NCBI GenBank assembly: GCA_963802515.1
Contig: CAWDIX010000002.1
Span: 566,857 to 630,856 of the forward strand
DNA length: 64,000 nucleotides
Source of the DNA: an uncultured Verrucomicrobiae bacterium
GTDB taxonomy: Bacteria; Verrucomicrobiota; Verrucomicrobiia; Limisphaerales; UBA11358
Direction of reading: 5' to 3'
In this document: piece after piece, positions 63,642-64,000 of the stretch
How positions within the stretch are numbered: the stretch's first letter is position 1
Layout: every line of letters starts with the position of its first letter
Program-made: the position numbers and the translations under genes
Notes under the pieces: model-generated
Told to the model about the DNA's origin: nothing
Database searches by the model: none
Seen by the model: only the letters and a program-made list of their open reading frames with translations

Positions 63642-63714
63642 CCATTAAACCGACTTTGCATTCCGTCAAGCCGGCAAAATGCCGTGCGAAGGAAAAAAAG
63701 CAAGGGCCAGATTC

Positions 63715-64000
63715 TTAGATTCCAGCGCGATCTTGAGCCACAATTTTGTAATTTGGATCTCCATAACTATCCCAATCACTGTATCCACGCTGAATCCGTG
63801 GATGACTTGGCAACGGATACCGAGCGATTAACAAATCTACCACCGTGCGGTCATAACGTTCATGATTTGCCCATAGCCAGTGCGACGCATAAGTGGCAAA
63901 GCTTGGTGCTTGTGGATTCCTGTGGAAGTGAGCCTCGATGACCATGAGCAATCCCCGCGCTCGCTCACCAGGAGTGTTGCTGCTTTCGTAAAGATTCCAG
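63715..64000 (-). CDS. hypothetical protein, C-terminal 95 codons (5' end beyond window)
   Basis: The open frame runs from the window edge to the stop at 63715: WNLYESSNTPGERARGLLMVIEAHFHRNPQAPSFATYASHWLWANHERYDR... AT-richer DNA. I recognise no motif. Confidence 0.4.
   Translation of the reverse strand, partial: WNLYESSNTPGERARGLLMVIEAHFHRNPQAPSFATYASHWLWANHERYDRTVVDLLIARYPLPSHPRIQRGYSDWDSYGDPNYKIVAQDRAGI

Noticed and set aside
1-64000. Search by eye for CRISPR arrays, rRNA, tmRNA, RNase P RNA, transposases, integrases and phage genes.
   Set aside because: I found no regularly spaced direct repeats with unique spacers, no rRNA-like conserved strings, and no DDE, tyrosine-recombinase or serine-recombinase-like translations. 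A computational scan could still find small RNAs that I cannot see.

Overview
This is a high-GC bacterial chromosome segment. Its gene content and intergenic repeat vocabulary look like a Verrucomicrobia/Planctomycetes-type organism. All calls come from reading the sequence and ORF translations by eye; no search or folding program was run.

About 55 protein genes are supportable:
- hemL (partial).
- A PAS-rich two-component phosphorelay.
- tRNA-Arg(TCT).
- An uncharacterised lipid/metabolite-tailoring neighbourhood: Rieske oxygenase, NTF2-like, esterase-like, PAP2 and desaturase genes. It continues with a tightly coupled 5-gene operon (two B12-radical-SAM enzymes, two GNAT-like proteins, a GH3 adenylating enzyme) and with DHPS-like and EgtD-like genes.
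- A complete heme-copper oxidase, heme A and copper-chaperone locus, in which subunit I is frameshifted.
- Riboflavin genes interrupted by an FHA-REC gene and a RelE/ParE-type TA pair.
- An AT-richer island encoding a 1220-aa secreted protein.
- lptD and a GH2 glycosidase.
- Two ECF sigma systems: one fused to a polytopic membrane domain, one paired with a 1300-aa Ser/Thr kinase-PDZ protein.
- An ABC-F ATPase, prfC and clpB.

The most unusual observations are:
1. Two tandem CCA-encoding tRNA-like genes have leucine anticodons but class-I architecture and a GTGC T-loop.
2. Palindromic REP/RPE-like elements sit in frame inside prfC, clpB and the ABC-F gene, and at other gene ends.
3. The radical-SAM/GNAT/GH3 operon matches no pathway I know.
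4. A GGTAACC-N14-CGTCAGG promoter-like motif is duplicated in front of the sigma and kinase genes.
5. A roughly 150-bp multi-hairpin inverted repeat brackets a 2-kb two-gene segment.

No rRNA, CRISPR array, transposase or integrase was seen. Many long track ORFs are antisense shadows typical of high-GC DNA and were rejected.
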